This document shows, in pieces, positions 1-11,213 of a stretch of DNA of 64,000 bases. The notes beneath the pieces are model-generated. The model was not told the origin of the DNA and did no database searches. It worked only from the letters and a program-made list of their open reading frames with translations. How positions within the stretch are numbered: the first letter of the stretch is position 1; every line of letters begins with the position of its first letter. A program made the translations under genes and the position numbers. This DNA is from Dehalococcoidia bacterium (lineage in GTDB: Bacteria > Chloroflexota > Dehalococcoidia > UBA2979), in assembly GCA_965219085.1 (NCBI GenBank), contig OZ244720.1, positions 2,016,001-2,080,000 of the forward strand, in the 5' to 3' direction.

Positions 1-1
1 C

Positions 2-318
2 ATCAAGCGTGTCGTGGCGCTGCCCGGCCAGACCGTCGAGGTGCGCGACGCGTTGGTGCTGGTCGACGGGGTCGCGCTGGTGGAGCCGTACCTCAGCGAC
101 CTCGCCCGTTACGCGTACGGCCCGGAGACCGTGCCGCCCGGCCACGTCTTCGTACTGGGCGACGCGCGCAACAACTCCTACGACTCGCACTCCTGGGGGA
201 TGCTCGACCAGGCGTTCATCATCGGCCGCGTCGAGCTGCGCTACTGGCCGGTGGACCGCGCCGGCATGGTGGGCGGCGAGACGCCCTCGACCGAGGGGGG
301 CGGGCAGGGAGACGATGA
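2..318 (+). CDS. lepB: Signal peptidase I, 5'-partial; probable 1-nt deletion near the 3' end
   Basis: Frame reads IKRVVALPG...VPPGHVFVLGDARNNSYDSHSWG...IIGRV (SPase I boxes D/E). As given it runs to 550 over pyrE; adding one base (e.g. in the G6 run at 295-300) would end it at TGA 316-318 in an ATGA overlap with pyrE. Confidence 0.85.
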   Translation, partial: QACRGAARPDRRGARRVGAGRRGRAGGAVPQRPRPLRVRPGDRAARPRLRTGRRAQQLLRLALLGDARPGVHHRPRRAALLAGGPRRHGGRRDALDRGGRAGRR

Positions 319-912
319 CCGCCGTGAACGACACGCCGAACCCGTCCGTGCTCGATGCCGTGCGCGAGACCGGCGCGCTCCTCGAGGGCCACTTCCAGCT
401 CGCCTCCGGCGTGCATTCGGACCGCTACCTGGAGAAGTTCAACCTGCTCCAGTGGCCCGGCCATACCGAGGACGCCTGCCGGGCGCTCGCCGAGGCCGGC
501 GCGCCCGCTCGCACCGAGCACCATCGTCGGCCCGACCACGGGCGGCGTGATCATCGCGTACGAGGTGGCGCGCCAGCTCGGCCTGCGCGGGATCATCGCC
601 GAACGCAACGCGGACGGCCCCGGACGCCGTATCCAGCGCGACTTCCGCCTCGAGTCCGGCGAGCGGGTGCTGGTCGTCGACGATGTGCTGACGAGTGGCG
701 GGTCGGTGTTTCGCGACACGATCGAGGCGGTCCGCATCGCCGGCGGCGATCCGATCGCCGTCGGCGTGCTCGTCGACCGCTCGGCAGGCCGCGTCGCGTT
801 CGAAGGACTACCCCTGTACGCCTCGATGGTGCTCGACCTCGACACGTACCAGCCGGACGACTGCCCGCTGTGCCGCGACGGCCACCTCACCGTGCCGCTG
901 ACAGTGACGTAG
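315..912 (+). CDS. pyrE: Orotate phosphoribosyltransferase, split by a +1 frameshift near 498
   Basis: N-half GALLEGHFQLASGVHSDRYLEK (ATG 315); C-half GPTTGGVIIAYEVAR...VLVVDDVLTSGGSV (PRPP-binding motif) in the next frame. Confidence 0.9.
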
Positions 913-1024
913 CGGCCTCGATTCCCTCGACGCCGGGCAACGCAAAGCCGCTGCCGTATTGGCAGCGGCTTCGTCGGTGATGACCCCGGCTGCAGCCGGG
1001 GCGGGTTGCCGATGTACCCTGGCT

Positions 1025-1702
1025 CTAGATCCCCATGAACTCGCTTTGCGCGCTCAGCATCATCACGTCGATCTTCGCCTGGAACTCGTCCACGTCCAGG
1101 CTCATGATCAGCAGGTCGTGCAGGACCGAGTCGCGGTCCATGACCTGGTTGCGCAGGCGCGCCTCGCGCTGGAACCCCATGCGCGTGAACACCTTGATGG
1201 CGGCGCCTTGGTCCGTGGTCATCTGCGCGAGCATCTTCTTCACGTCGCGCTCGCGCGCGATCACGAATGCCTGCTCGACCAGCAGCCGTCCGAGCCGCTT
1301 CGTGCGCATCGACGAGTCGACGAGTACGCGCAGTTCGGCGATGTGCCGGGTCCAGCTCATGCGGTCCGAGTTGACGCCGGCGTAACCGACGATCTCGTCT
1401 TCGTGCGTCGCGACGATGGTGGTGTTGAAGCCGTCCTCGATGTCCTGCAGCCAGGCGTCGACCACGAGCGGCTGCGTGATGTCGCGGCGCAGGAACAACA
1501 GGTCGTGCACGGGTTGGGCCCGCGCGAACGTGACCATCGCGTCCCTGTCGGCGCGCTCGAACAGCCGCAGCGTGATTTCGGTGCCGTCGAGGTTGAGAAC
1601 GGCCGGGTATTCGAGCTTCTGTGCGGCCTGCGCGGCCGCCTGGTCAGCGACCTTCCAGCCGTGACCCCCCAACGCCCGACCTACCGACTGGAGCACTCCC
1701 AT
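1025..1702 (-). CDS. GNAT family N-acetyltransferase
   Basis: VLVDSSMRTKRLGRLL acetyl-CoA-binding-like motif and AIKVFTRMGF; GGGAGGA SD before ATG 1702. Confidence 0.8.
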   Translation of the reverse strand: MGVLQSVGRALGGHGWKVADQAAAQAAQKLEYPAVLNLDGTEITLRLFERADRDAMVTFARAQPVHDLLFLRRDITQPLVVDAWLQDIEDGFNTTIVATHEDEIVGYAGVNSDRMSWTRHIAELRVLVDSSMRTKRLGRLLVEQAFVIARERDVKKMLAQMTTDQGAAIKVFTRMGFQREARLRNQVMDRDSVLHDLLIMSLDVDEFQAKIDVMMLSAQSEFMGI

Positions 1703-1899
1703 GATCGTCCTCCCTCGTCCCGAACCCAAGGGACCGAGGGGAACCCGGCCCCGATGGCGTCAAGTATGGTGCGCGCGGCAAGCCATCACAACTCTGACGC
1801 GCACGCGAGCATGCGCACGCTGGCGGACGGGGGACATCCCGCCGCGCCCCGCGGATCCCGGTACCCTAGCCTCCGCACACCTCGAGGGAGGCATGCGCC

Positions 1900-3091
1900 G
1901 TGGAGTGGTGGCCGGTCGCGGGCGGCGAGACGTGGGCGTGGGCGTGGCGCGCCTACCCCGGTGTCTGGCTCTTCATCGCAGCGCTCGGCGCCGCCTACGT
2001 ACTGCTCCTGCGAGCCGAGTCCCGGGGCGCGCGGCGGCGCGGCGAAGCGGGCGTCGAGGCCTGGCGCATCGGCCTGTTCGCCGGCGGGCTCGTGCTGCTG
2101 TGGGTCTCGCTCGACTGGCCGCTGGGCGCCATGGCCGCTGGCTACCTCGCGACCGCGAACGCCGCGCAGGACCTGCTCGTCACGCTCGGCGCCGCGCCGC
2201 TGATGCTGCTCGGCCTGCCGCCGTCGAGGGACCGGCAGCGGCAGCCCGCGAGCTTACTGGTGCGCGCGCGAGGGATGCTCGGCCAGCCGATCATCGCGGC
2301 AGCGGTGTTCGGTGTGGTGCTGATGGTCACGCACCTGCCGGACGTCGTCGACGCGCTGCGGCCGCACGCGGTGGGGTCGTTCGCGATCACATCGGCGTGG
2401 CTGCTCTCGGCGGTCGTGCTGTGGACGCCGCTGGCGGGGCCGCTCGCGGGGCGGCACCGCCTGCCGTACTTCGGCGCGCTCCTGTACCTCGATCGTGCCG
2501 TTCGTCTTCCCGAAGATCGCCGGCGCGTTCTTCGTCTTCGCCGACAGGCCGCTGTACGAGGTCTATACCTCCGCCCCTCGCGTCTTCGACGACGTCTCGG
2601 CTATGCAGGACCAGCACGTCGCGGGCTTCGTGCTGTGGGTGATCGGCAGCCTCATGGTCGTCGCCGCGCTCGGCGCGCTGTTCCGCCGCTGGTACACCGA
2701 GGACCGTCGCATGGCCGCGCCGCCGAGCCTCGAGATCCCCGCCGACCCGCGTGCCGTCGACCTGCTGTTCGAGGTGCAAGGTGGCTGGGCCGCGCTCGAG
2801 CAGCTCGTCGCGAGCGTTGAGCAGGCGCTGCCCCGCGACCGCACCGGCACCGCGCTGGCGTTCGGCTACCGCGCGCGCGCCGAGGATGCAGCGGGTGACG
2901 ACGATGTCCCACCGACGCAGGTCATACTCGAACTGCACATCGCGCTCGGGGCGGCCGTGGAGGCGGGCGTCGCGCAGCGCATCGAGGCGGACTACGGGGA
3001 CTACCTGGGTCGCCAGCCGCGCCGCCGCCGTGATGCGATCGCGCGGGCGCTGGCGTTCCGCGTCGTCGGCTACGGCTCGCGCGTGACATAA
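1900..3091 (+). CDS. CtaG-like (caa3-type cytochrome c oxidase assembly) membrane protein with C-terminal soluble extension; +1 frameshift at about 2491
   Basis: Hydrophobic helices, SLDWPLGAMA, and DQHVAGFVLWV motif; ORFs 1900-2820 and 2495-3091 join as LYL-IVPF if G2491 is removed. Confidence 0.7.
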
Positions 3092-3145
3092 CCCGTCGCA
3101 CCGGCGGGGCGGTGGTACGATCGGCGCCCGGACCAGGAGTGCGCG

Positions 3146-3415
3146 GTGCTCTACTTCCTCGCGATGGTGCTGCCCCCGCTTGCCGTGCTGTTCACGGGCC
3201 GCAAGACGGCGGCCATCCTCAACATCCCGCTCACGCTCGCGGGCTGGCTGCCCGGCGTGCTCCACGCCGTGCTCGTCGTCAACGAGCACAAGGCCGACCA
3301 GCGCGCTAGGCGCGACTTCTTCGCCGAGCTCCCGGCCCACATCGCCGAACGCCTGTCGGAACACGTGGACGAGGAAGAAGAAGACACCGAGCAGTACGAG
3401 GACGACGAGCAGTGA
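3146..3415 (+). CDS. YqaE/Pmp3-family small membrane protein with acidic tail
   Basis: LAMVLPPLAV...ILNIPLTLAGWLPGVLHA signature; AGGAG SD upstream. Confidence 0.8.
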   Translation: MLYFLAMVLPPLAVLFTGRKTAAILNIPLTLAGWLPGVLHAVLVVNEHKADQRARRDFFAELPAHIAERLSEHVDEEEEDTEQYEDDEQ

Positions 3416-3789
3416 GAGCGATGGACGGCCCGTAGCCCTCGCCACGGTCGGCGACCAGGTACACGCCCCGGCCTCGGACAGCGGGGCCGAGCCCCCTCGG
3501 CCCCGCGGTCCACCAGGGGTCGAGACGCGAGGCAACAGGGGCGTCCGCCCTCGCATCCGTGCACAGGGCCGCGCCGGGGGAGGCGCCGAGTGCACGTGCC
3601 CGGCGTGGTGTCCGCTCCGGACACACGCAGCGTGATCGCCGCGCGTTAACGGCTCGTTAGACGGCGTGCGCGTCTTCGCACGTTTTCTGGCCCCTCCTCG
3701 CCCGCCAACCGCTGCTCCCGGCTTGACAGGCCTTGCCCGTGCGGTCGAGGCTCCGGCGAGGCGCGATCCTGCGCGCGAGGAGGGGCCAG

Positions 3790-5061
3790 ATGACGATCTC
3801 GACCGGGCGAAGCTCGGCGCTCCCGACCACCACGGCCGACGGGCGGCCGTTGCCGCTTGCCGGCGTACGCGTCGTGGACTTCACGTGGATCGTCGCCGGG
3901 CCGCAGGCGACGCGGATCCTCGCCGACCTCGGCGCCGACGTGATCCGGGTGGAGAACGAGAGCCACCTTGACTCCCTGCGGATGGGCGGGGGCCGCCCCG
4001 CGGACGAACGGGCCCGCCACAACAGCTCCGGGCTGTTCAACAACCTCAACCGCAACAAGCGCAGCATGACCGTCAATCTCTTCCACCCGCGCGGACGCGA
4101 ACTCGTCGAGGAGCTCATCACGGGCGCCGACGTGGTCACGGAGAACTTCAGCCCCGGCGCCTTCGAGCGGATGGGCTTCGGCTGGGACCGCCTGCGTGAG
4201 CTCAACCCCAACATCATCTACATGTCGCTGTCCGGGTACGGACACTTCGGGCGCGACGCCTCGTTCGTGACGTGGGGGCCGACGGCACAGGCCATCTCCG
4301 GCCTCACGTACCTGTCCGGGCTGCCGGACCAGCCGCCGGCCGGCTGGGGCTACTCCTACCTCGACCACTCGGCCGGCTACTACGGCGCGATCGGCTTGCT
4401 GCTCGCCCTGCGCAAGCGTGCGCGCGAGGGCGGCCCGCTGCGCGTCGACCTCTCGCAGGCCGAGACGGGCATGGTGATGACCGGCGCGCAGATGCTCGAC
4501 GCGCAGGTGAACAACCGCCCCTCGCGTCGCTCCGGAAACTTGCTGCCGTACCCCGAGATCGCCCCGCACAACACCTACCGTTGCGCCGGCGACGACCGCT
4601 GGATCGCGCTCGCCGTCGAGACCGACGCCCACTGGGCCGCGCTCTGCGACGTGCTCGGCGCGGACGCGCTCGCCTCCGACCCACGCTTCGGCACGAACGG
4701 CGGCCGCGTCGAGGCCCGCGAGGAGCTGGACGCGGCCATCGACGCACTGACGCGGGGCTGGGACACGCGCGAGCTGATGTACGCGCTGCAGGCGCGCGGC
4801 GTCCCCGCGGGCGTGGCCCAGACCACCCAGGACAAGATGGAGCTCGACCCGCAGCTCGCCGCGCGCGGCTTCTACCCGCGCGCCGACCACCCCATCCTCG
4901 GCGAACACCGCTACGAGGCGCTCCCGTTCCTCCTCGAACGCTTCGGCTGGCAGGTGCGCCGCGGCGCGCCGCTGCTCAGCGAGCACAGCGACGAGGTGCT
5001 CGCCGAACTCGGCTGCGACGAGGACGAGATCGCGCGGCTGCACGAGGAGTTGGCGATATGA
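3790..5061 (+). CDS. Class III (CaiB/BaiF) CoA-transferase, catalytic-type subunit
   Basis: PLAGVRVVDFT..AGP..LADLGADVIRVE, NRNKRS, ENFSPG, and Asp in YSYLDH. Confidence 0.9.
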   Translation: MTISTGRSSALPTTTADGRPLPLAGVRVVDFTWIVAGPQATRILADLGADVIRVENESHLDSLRMGGGRPADERARHNSSGLFNNLNRNKRSMTVNLFHPRGRELVEELITGADVVTENFSPGAFERMGFGWDRLRELNPNIIYMSLSGYGHFGRDASFVTWGPTAQAISGLTYLSGLPDQPPAGWGYSYLDHSAGYYGAIGLLLALRKRAREGGPLRVDLSQAETGMVMTGAQMLDAQVNNRPSRRSGNLLPYPEIAPHNTYRCAGDDRWIALAVETDAHWAALCDVLGADALASDPRFGTNGGRVEAREELDAAIDALTRGWDTRELMYALQARGVPAGVAQTTQDKMELDPQLAARGFYPRADHPILGEHRYEALPFLLERFGWQVRRGAPLLSEHSDEVLAELGCDEDEIARLHEELAI

Positions 5062-6317
5062 GTACCGGCGCCGAAGGACTCCGCATCATCGAGATCGGTG
5101 ACCTGGGCGAGGTCGCCGGGAAGCTGCTGGCCGACGCCGGCGCCGACGTGATCCGCGTCGAGCCGCCCGCCGGCGCGCCCGCGCGGCGTATTGGGCCGTT
5201 CCCGGGCGACCGCCCGGACACGAACAGCTCGCTGCACTGGGCGCACTTCAACACGAGCAAGCGCGGCATCACCCTCGACGTCCATACCGCCGACGGCCTC
5301 GCGCTGTGGTGGAAGCTCGTCGAGGGCGCCGATGCAGTCATCGACGCCGCCGGGCACGGCGTGCTCGATGCCGCGGGCGCCGGCTGGGAAGAGGCTGCGC
5401 GTCGCTGCGACGGCAAGCCGCTCGTGTGGTGCTCCGTGACGCCGTTCGGCCGCGAAGGGCCGTGGTCGGACTGGGCCTCGAACGACCTCGTGCAGGTCGC
5501 CCTCGGCGGGCCGATGATGAGCACCGGCTACGACGACCACGAGCTGCCGCCGATCCGCGGTGGGTACGACCACTCGCTGTGGATGGCCGGCGAATACGCG
5601 ACGATCGCCATCCTGGGCGCGACCGCGGGCTTCGAGGCCGGACTCGCCGACGGACCGGAGCTCGCCGACCTCTCGATCCACGAGTGCGTGAGCTGCACCG
5701 TCGAGGGGGCGTTCCCGAACTGGGAGTACGACGGCCGGCTGGTGCAGCGCCAGACCGGCCGGCACTCCTCGCCCGACCGCACACCCGAGTGGCAGTTCCC
5801 GAGCGCCGACGGGCAGTTCATGAACGTCATCGGCGGCGGGATGCCTCGCTCGGAGCAGGGGCTGGCCGACGTGCTCGACTGGATGGAGTCGCACGGCGCG
5901 GTCGAGGACCTGCGCGACCCGAAGTACCGCGACGCGATCCACTCGCCGCAGATGCCACCGAGCCCGGAGCGCCGCCACTTCTCGGAGGTGATCGAGCGCT
6001 TCATCGCCTCGCTCGACGCGCAGGACCTCTACCGGGGCGGGCAGGGCCTGCACCAGCCGTGGGCCGTGGTCCGCGCGCCCGAGGACAACCTCGACGACCC
6101 GCACTGGGCCGACCGCGGCACGTTCGCGGAGGTCGAGGTGCCCGGCCACCCCGAGCCCGTGCGCGTGCCGACCGCGCCATACCGCTTCGAGGGCGTGACG
6201 CGCCAGGTGCGCCGTCGCGCGCCGCTGCTCGCCGAACATAACCACGAGGTCTACGTCGGTGAACTCGGCCTCGATGACGCCGATATCCTGCGGCTGGCGC
6301 AGATCGGCGTGATCTAG
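5058..6317 (+). CDS. Class III CoA-transferase, partner subunit
   Basis: GKLLADAGADVIRVEPP, NTSKRGITLD, RAPLLAEHN; ATGA overlap with the upstream gene. Confidence 0.9.
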   Translation: MSTGAEGLRIIEIGDLGEVAGKLLADAGADVIRVEPPAGAPARRIGPFPGDRPDTNSSLHWAHFNTSKRGITLDVHTADGLALWWKLVEGADAVIDAAGHGVLDAAGAGWEEAARRCDGKPLVWCSVTPFGREGPWSDWASNDLVQVALGGPMMSTGYDDHELPPIRGGYDHSLWMAGEYATIAILGATAGFEAGLADGPELADLSIHECVSCTVEGAFPNWEYDGRLVQRQTGRHSSPDRTPEWQFPSADGQFMNVIGGGMPRSEQGLADVLDWMESHGAVEDLRDPKYRDAIHSPQMPPSPERRHFSEVIERFIASLDAQDLYRGGQGLHQPWAVVRAPEDNLDDPHWADRGTFAEVEVPGHPEPVRVPTAPYRFEGVTRQVRRRAPLLAEHNHEVYVGELGLDDADILRLAQIGVI

Positions 6318-6426
6318 CATTGACGGAACGTATGGCGACGCAGGGACTTCGGACTCCCCTGTCGACTGAGAGCGACCGTCACTGCGCCCATACCGGCGGT
6401 GGCTCTGGCGCGGCTGTGCCGCGCCG

Positions 6427-7629
6427 TCAGTTCCTCGGCAGCCCGAGCCCGCGCGTCGCGATGATGTTGCGCTGGATCTCCGAGGTGCCCCCGGCGATGG
6501 TCTGCGGCACCGAGAACACGTACTCGCGCGTCGCCCGGGCCGCCATCGGCGCCCGCGGGTCGTCCTCGTCCCAGAGGTTCGAGTAGAGGCCGAACGCGCT
6601 CACGGCCGTGCGGGCGATGCGCTGCGTCAGCTCGGTGCCGAAGACCTTGCCCATCGAGGCCTCGTAGTTCGGGATGCGCCCCGCATCCTGCATCGAGGCG
6701 ATCCGCAGGCAGAGGTTGTAGTGCACGTCGGCGGCGATCGCCGCGTCCGCGACGTCGCGGCGCAGCGCCGGCGAGCTCGCCACGCGCGAGCGGGCCCGGC
6801 CCTCGGCGCTCCCGAGGTAGTCGGCCAGCTCGCGCACGTCGCGCCTGACCGTCGCCGAGCCGGCGATCCCGGAGCGTTCGAAGTCGAGCGCCGTCGCGCC
6901 GACGTACCAGCCACGGTTCTCCTCGCCGATACGGTTCTTGACCGGCACGCGCACGTCCTCGAAGAAGGTCTCGTTGAAGCCGTGCTCTCCGCCCATGTTG
7001 ATGAGCGGCCGGAACTCCACCCCGGGGAGGTCGGTGGGGATCAGCAGCGCGCTGATCCCGCGGTGCTTGGGCGCTGCGGGGTCCGTCCGTACCGGCACCC
7101 AGAGGTAGTCGGCGAGGTGGCCGTTCGAGGTCCAGATCTTCTGACCGTTCACCACGTACTCGTCGCCGTCGCGCACTGCGCGCGTCTGCAGCGAGGCGAG
7201 GTCGGAGCCTGCGCCGGGCTCTGAGAGCCCGGAGTGCATCAGGTGTTCGCCGCTCACCATCCGTGGCAGGTGCTCGCGCTTCTGCTCCTCGGTGCCGACG
7301 AGGATGATCGTCGGGCCGTACTGCACCACGCCCGGCCCGCCAACGGCAGGCGCGTGCGCCGTTGCCATCTCCTCGCGGAGGATCGTCTGCGCCCAGATGG
7401 AGAGGCCGGCGCCGCCGTACTCCTCCGGCCAGTGGGGCGCGAACCAGCTGCGCTCGGCGAGTGCGTCGGTCCAGTCCTGCGCCGCCTGGCGCGCCTCGGA
7501 ATCGGGCGAGCGGCGGTCCTGCGCCCAGTTGCCGCCGGGCGTGCGGTAGCGCTCGGGAAGCTGCTCGTCGAGGAGCGCGCGCACCTCGGCGCGGAAGGCG
7601 GCCTGCTCGGGGCTGTCGCTCCAGTCCAT
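6427..7629 (-). CDS. Acyl-CoA dehydrogenase
   Basis: SEPGAGSDLASL, VNGQKIWTS, FNETFFEDVRVP, TIAGGTSEIQRNII. Confidence 0.95.
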   Translation of the reverse strand: MDWSDSPEQAAFRAEVRALLDEQLPERYRTPGGNWAQDRRSPDSEARQAAQDWTDALAERSWFAPHWPEEYGGAGLSIWAQTILREEMATAHAPAVGGPGVVQYGPTIILVGTEEQKREHLPRMVSGEHLMHSGLSEPGAGSDLASLQTRAVRDGDEYVVNGQKIWTSNGHLADYLWVPVRTDPAAPKHRGISALLIPTDLPGVEFRPLINMGGEHGFNETFFEDVRVPVKNRIGEENRGWYVGATALDFERSGIAGSATVRRDVRELADYLGSAEGRARSRVASSPALRRDVADAAIAADVHYNLCLRIASMQDAGRIPNYEASMGKVFGTELTQRIARTAVSAFGLYSNLWDEDDPRAPMAARATREYVFSVPQTIAGGTSEIQRNIIATRGLGLPRN

Positions 7630-7955
7630 CGCCCGACCTTAGCCCAAATCCACCGAAGGAGAGCGCGCGAGCACCTGCCACGCGTGTCCGGTAAGGCCTC
7701 AGTGAGAACCGCCGGTCTCGACGCCGCCAACGGTGCATCAGTGCGACGAGCGCGCCGAGCAACATGGGCCGTGGTCCCCGGCACAGTTCAACTCGCGCCT
7801 GTCACGCCCAGAGTGCGGACTCAGTTGCGGCCCGTCGCCACGGATTGGCACGGTCCTGCAATCAGCGGGCGGCGGCGATGGGGCTATGGGTCGCCGTTAG
7901 CGGCGTTTAGCCGCGGTGCCTTGCGGCGCGGGTGGCCGAAGCCCACACTGACGCC

Positions 7956-8647
<692 letters not shown>

Positions 8648-8651
<4 letters not shown>

Positions 8652-9907
8652 GCACCGCGCGCTGGCTGGCCCTGACGTTCGCGACGGTGGCCGTCGTGGG
8701 GACGTTCGCGCTGCCGCAGGGCTGGGCCGCCGTGATCGCCCTCGTCGCCGTGCTCGCGCTGCTAGGGGTCGCGCTGCGGACCGGAGCCCGCCGGCCTCCG
8801 ACGCCCACAGTCCGGGCGAGCCCCGAACCCACCGAGCCGCCCGAGCCGCCCTCGTTGGACTCGTGGCGCGACGTACTCGACATGCTCCCGCTCGGCGTCG
8901 CGCTGCTCGACGAGGAGCTGACGGTGCTCGACGCGACCCCGGCGTTCGCGGAGCTCGTCGGCCACCCGGTGGGCGGCATGATCGAAGCCTCGCTGATCCG
9001 CGCCACGCGCGAGTACGACCTCACCGCCACCGTCCGCGAGCGACCGGCCGAAGCGCGTGACGTGCACCTCACCGGCGGCCGCCAGGTGCGCGTCCGCGTC
9101 GCGCCGCTGTCGCCTCCGCTCCTCGGCGGACGAGCCACGCTGCTGCTCTGCATCGAGGACGTGACCGCGCTGCACGACGCCCAGCGCGCCCGTACGGACC
9201 TCGTTGCGAACCTCTCGCACGAGCTGCGCACCCCGATCGCCGGCGCGCGCGCCATCGCCGAGACGCTGCAGTCCGCCTCCGAGGACCCGGCGGACCGTGA
9301 ACGCTTCCTCGGGCTGCTCACCGATGAGCTGGAGCGTATGACCGACATGGTGCAGCGCATGCTCCGGCTCGCGCAGCTCGAGTCGGAGCTTGAGCCGCTC
9401 GACCTCGAGGCTGTCACGCCTGGCTCGCTGCTCGAAGCGGCCGCGGAGCGCTTTGGCCCGGTTGCCGGACGCCAGGACGTGCGCATCGAGGTCGAGCAGG
9501 CGGCGCCGGACGCCGTCCGCGCCAACCCGGGTCGTGCCGGCGAGGTGCTCGCCAATCTCCTCGACAACGCCCTGCGGCACAGCCCGCCCGGCTCGCGCAT
9601 CACCCTCGCCGCCGTGGCCGACGACGCCGACTCCGTGCGGTTCGAGGTGCGGGACGAGGGTCCGGGCATCCTCCTGCAGGAGCGCGACCGCGTCTTCGAG
9701 CGCTTCTACACCGGGGACATCGCGCGCGAGGCGGGCTCGCACACCGGGCTGGGGCTCGCGATCGCGCGGCGGTTGGTGCAGCAGCAGGGCGGACGCATCT
9801 GGGTCGCCGATCGCTCGCCGGGCGCGACGCTGTGCTTCACGCTCGCGCGCGCCGACGGGACGGCGGACGCGAGTGTCGGCGCCGCTGGTGACGGGGCTTC
9901 AGGCTAG
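8648..9907 (+). CDS. PhoR-like sensor histidine kinase
   Basis: Two N-terminal TM helices, PAS-like region, SHELRTP H-box, NLLDNA N-box, DEGPG and GLGLAI G-boxes; GTGA overlap with the regulator. Confidence 0.95.
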
Positions 9908-11193
9908 GCCTCGGCGGCGACGGCCACCGGCTCGGGGCGCTCACGGAAGTTGCCGGTGCGCACCAGCGAGCGGACCTCGGGCAGCAGCATCGACGCCGCG
10001 ATGAACCCCACGGTCCACATGATGCCCGGCACGATCAGCAACAGCCGCACCCCGATGCCGTCGGAGAGCCAGCCGAAGCCGAAGTTCACGAACGCCATGT
10101 GTCCGGCGGCGAGCACGACGTACAGCGACATCACCCGCCCCCGGAACGCGTCGGGCGTGATGCGCTGCACGAACGTCGCCGCCATCGCCATGTAGCTCGC
10201 CTGCGTCGCCCCTGCGAGGACGCCGCCGGTGACGGCCATGTAGGGCGTGGTGGCGAAGCCGACGACGAACATCGAGAGGCCGCTGCCCACGCCGATGATG
10301 AAGAACATGCGCCCCAGCGCCGCGTCGCTCTGGAGCATCGAGACGATCAGCGTCCCGATGATCGAGCCCGCGCCGATACCCACGATGATGCTGCTGAAGG
10401 TGATGTCGGCGCCGCCGACAACGGTCGCGAGTGTGGGCATCATCGAGTCGAACGCCATCGTCGCACCGCAGTGGAAGCCGACGAGCACGAGCATCACGAG
10501 CACGCGTGGGTCACGCTCGACGTAGGAGATGCCCTCGCGCATGTCGCGGAACACGGGGCCGATCGCGAAGACGGGCTCGGCATCGTTCGGCCGCGCCGCG
10601 CTGCGGTACTCGAGCCGGAGGAGCTGGTAGAGTGCGAGCGCGAGGAACACGCCAGACAGCACGAAGACCGACCCCGCGCCGAGCTGATTCAGGAGCCCCG
10701 CGCCGATGAGCGGCCCGGCGATGCGCGAGCCGTGCCGGGTGATCCCGGAGAGCGCCACCGCGTTGAGCAGGTGCTCCTTCGGGACGACGTTGGGGATGAT
10801 CGCCTGCTCTGCGGGCGTCCCGAACGCTCGCGCCATACCGCCGATCACCGCGAAGACGAGCACGTGCCAGGCTTCGACCCAACCCGCGAACGTGATCGCC
10901 GCAAGCGCGAGCGCTGCCACGATCCCGGCAGCGTCCGCGGCGATCGCCATCAGCCGCCGGTCGGCGCGGTCGGCGAGCGCGCCGCCGATGGGGCCCGCGA
11001 GGGTCATCTGGATCATGCCGGCGAACGTGACCGCGCCGACCCACGCCCCCTGCCCGGTCAGCTCGTAGACGAGCCAGCCGCGCGCGAGCAGCATCGTCCA
11101 GAACGACGCCGACGCGAAGAACGCGTTCCAGAAGACGCGGCGGAAGTCCGGGAAGAGCAGCGACGGGTGGCGCTCGGCGATGTACGTCCGCAT
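9904..11193 (-). CDS. MFS transporter
   Basis: About 12 hydrophobic helices, motif A GALADRADRR, and FRGRVMS. Confidence 0.9.
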   Translation of the reverse strand: MRTYIAERHPSLLFPDFRRVFWNAFFASASFWTMLLARGWLVYELTGQGAWVGAVTFAGMIQMTLAGPIGGALADRADRRLMAIAADAAGIVAALALAAITFAGWVEAWHVLVFAVIGGMARAFGTPAEQAIIPNVVPKEHLLNAVALSGITRHGSRIAGPLIGAGLLNQLGAGSVFVLSGVFLALALYQLLRLEYRSAARPNDAEPVFAIGPVFRDMREGISYVERDPRVLVMLVLVGFHCGATMAFDSMMPTLATVVGGADITFSSIIVGIGAGSIIGTLIVSMLQSDAALGRMFFIIGVGSGLSMFVVGFATTPYMAVTGGVLAGATQASYMAMAATFVQRITPDAFRGRVMSLYVVLAAGHMAFVNFGFGWLSDGIGVRLLLIVPGIMWTVGFIAASMLLPEVRSLVRTGNFRERPEPVAVAAEA

Positions 11194-11213
11194 GCGCGCA
11201 GTGTACCGCTCCC

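Noticed and set aside
490-505. Programmed frameshift in pyrE
   Set aside because: No slippery heptamer; neighbouring genes carry similar indels, pointing to sequence error.
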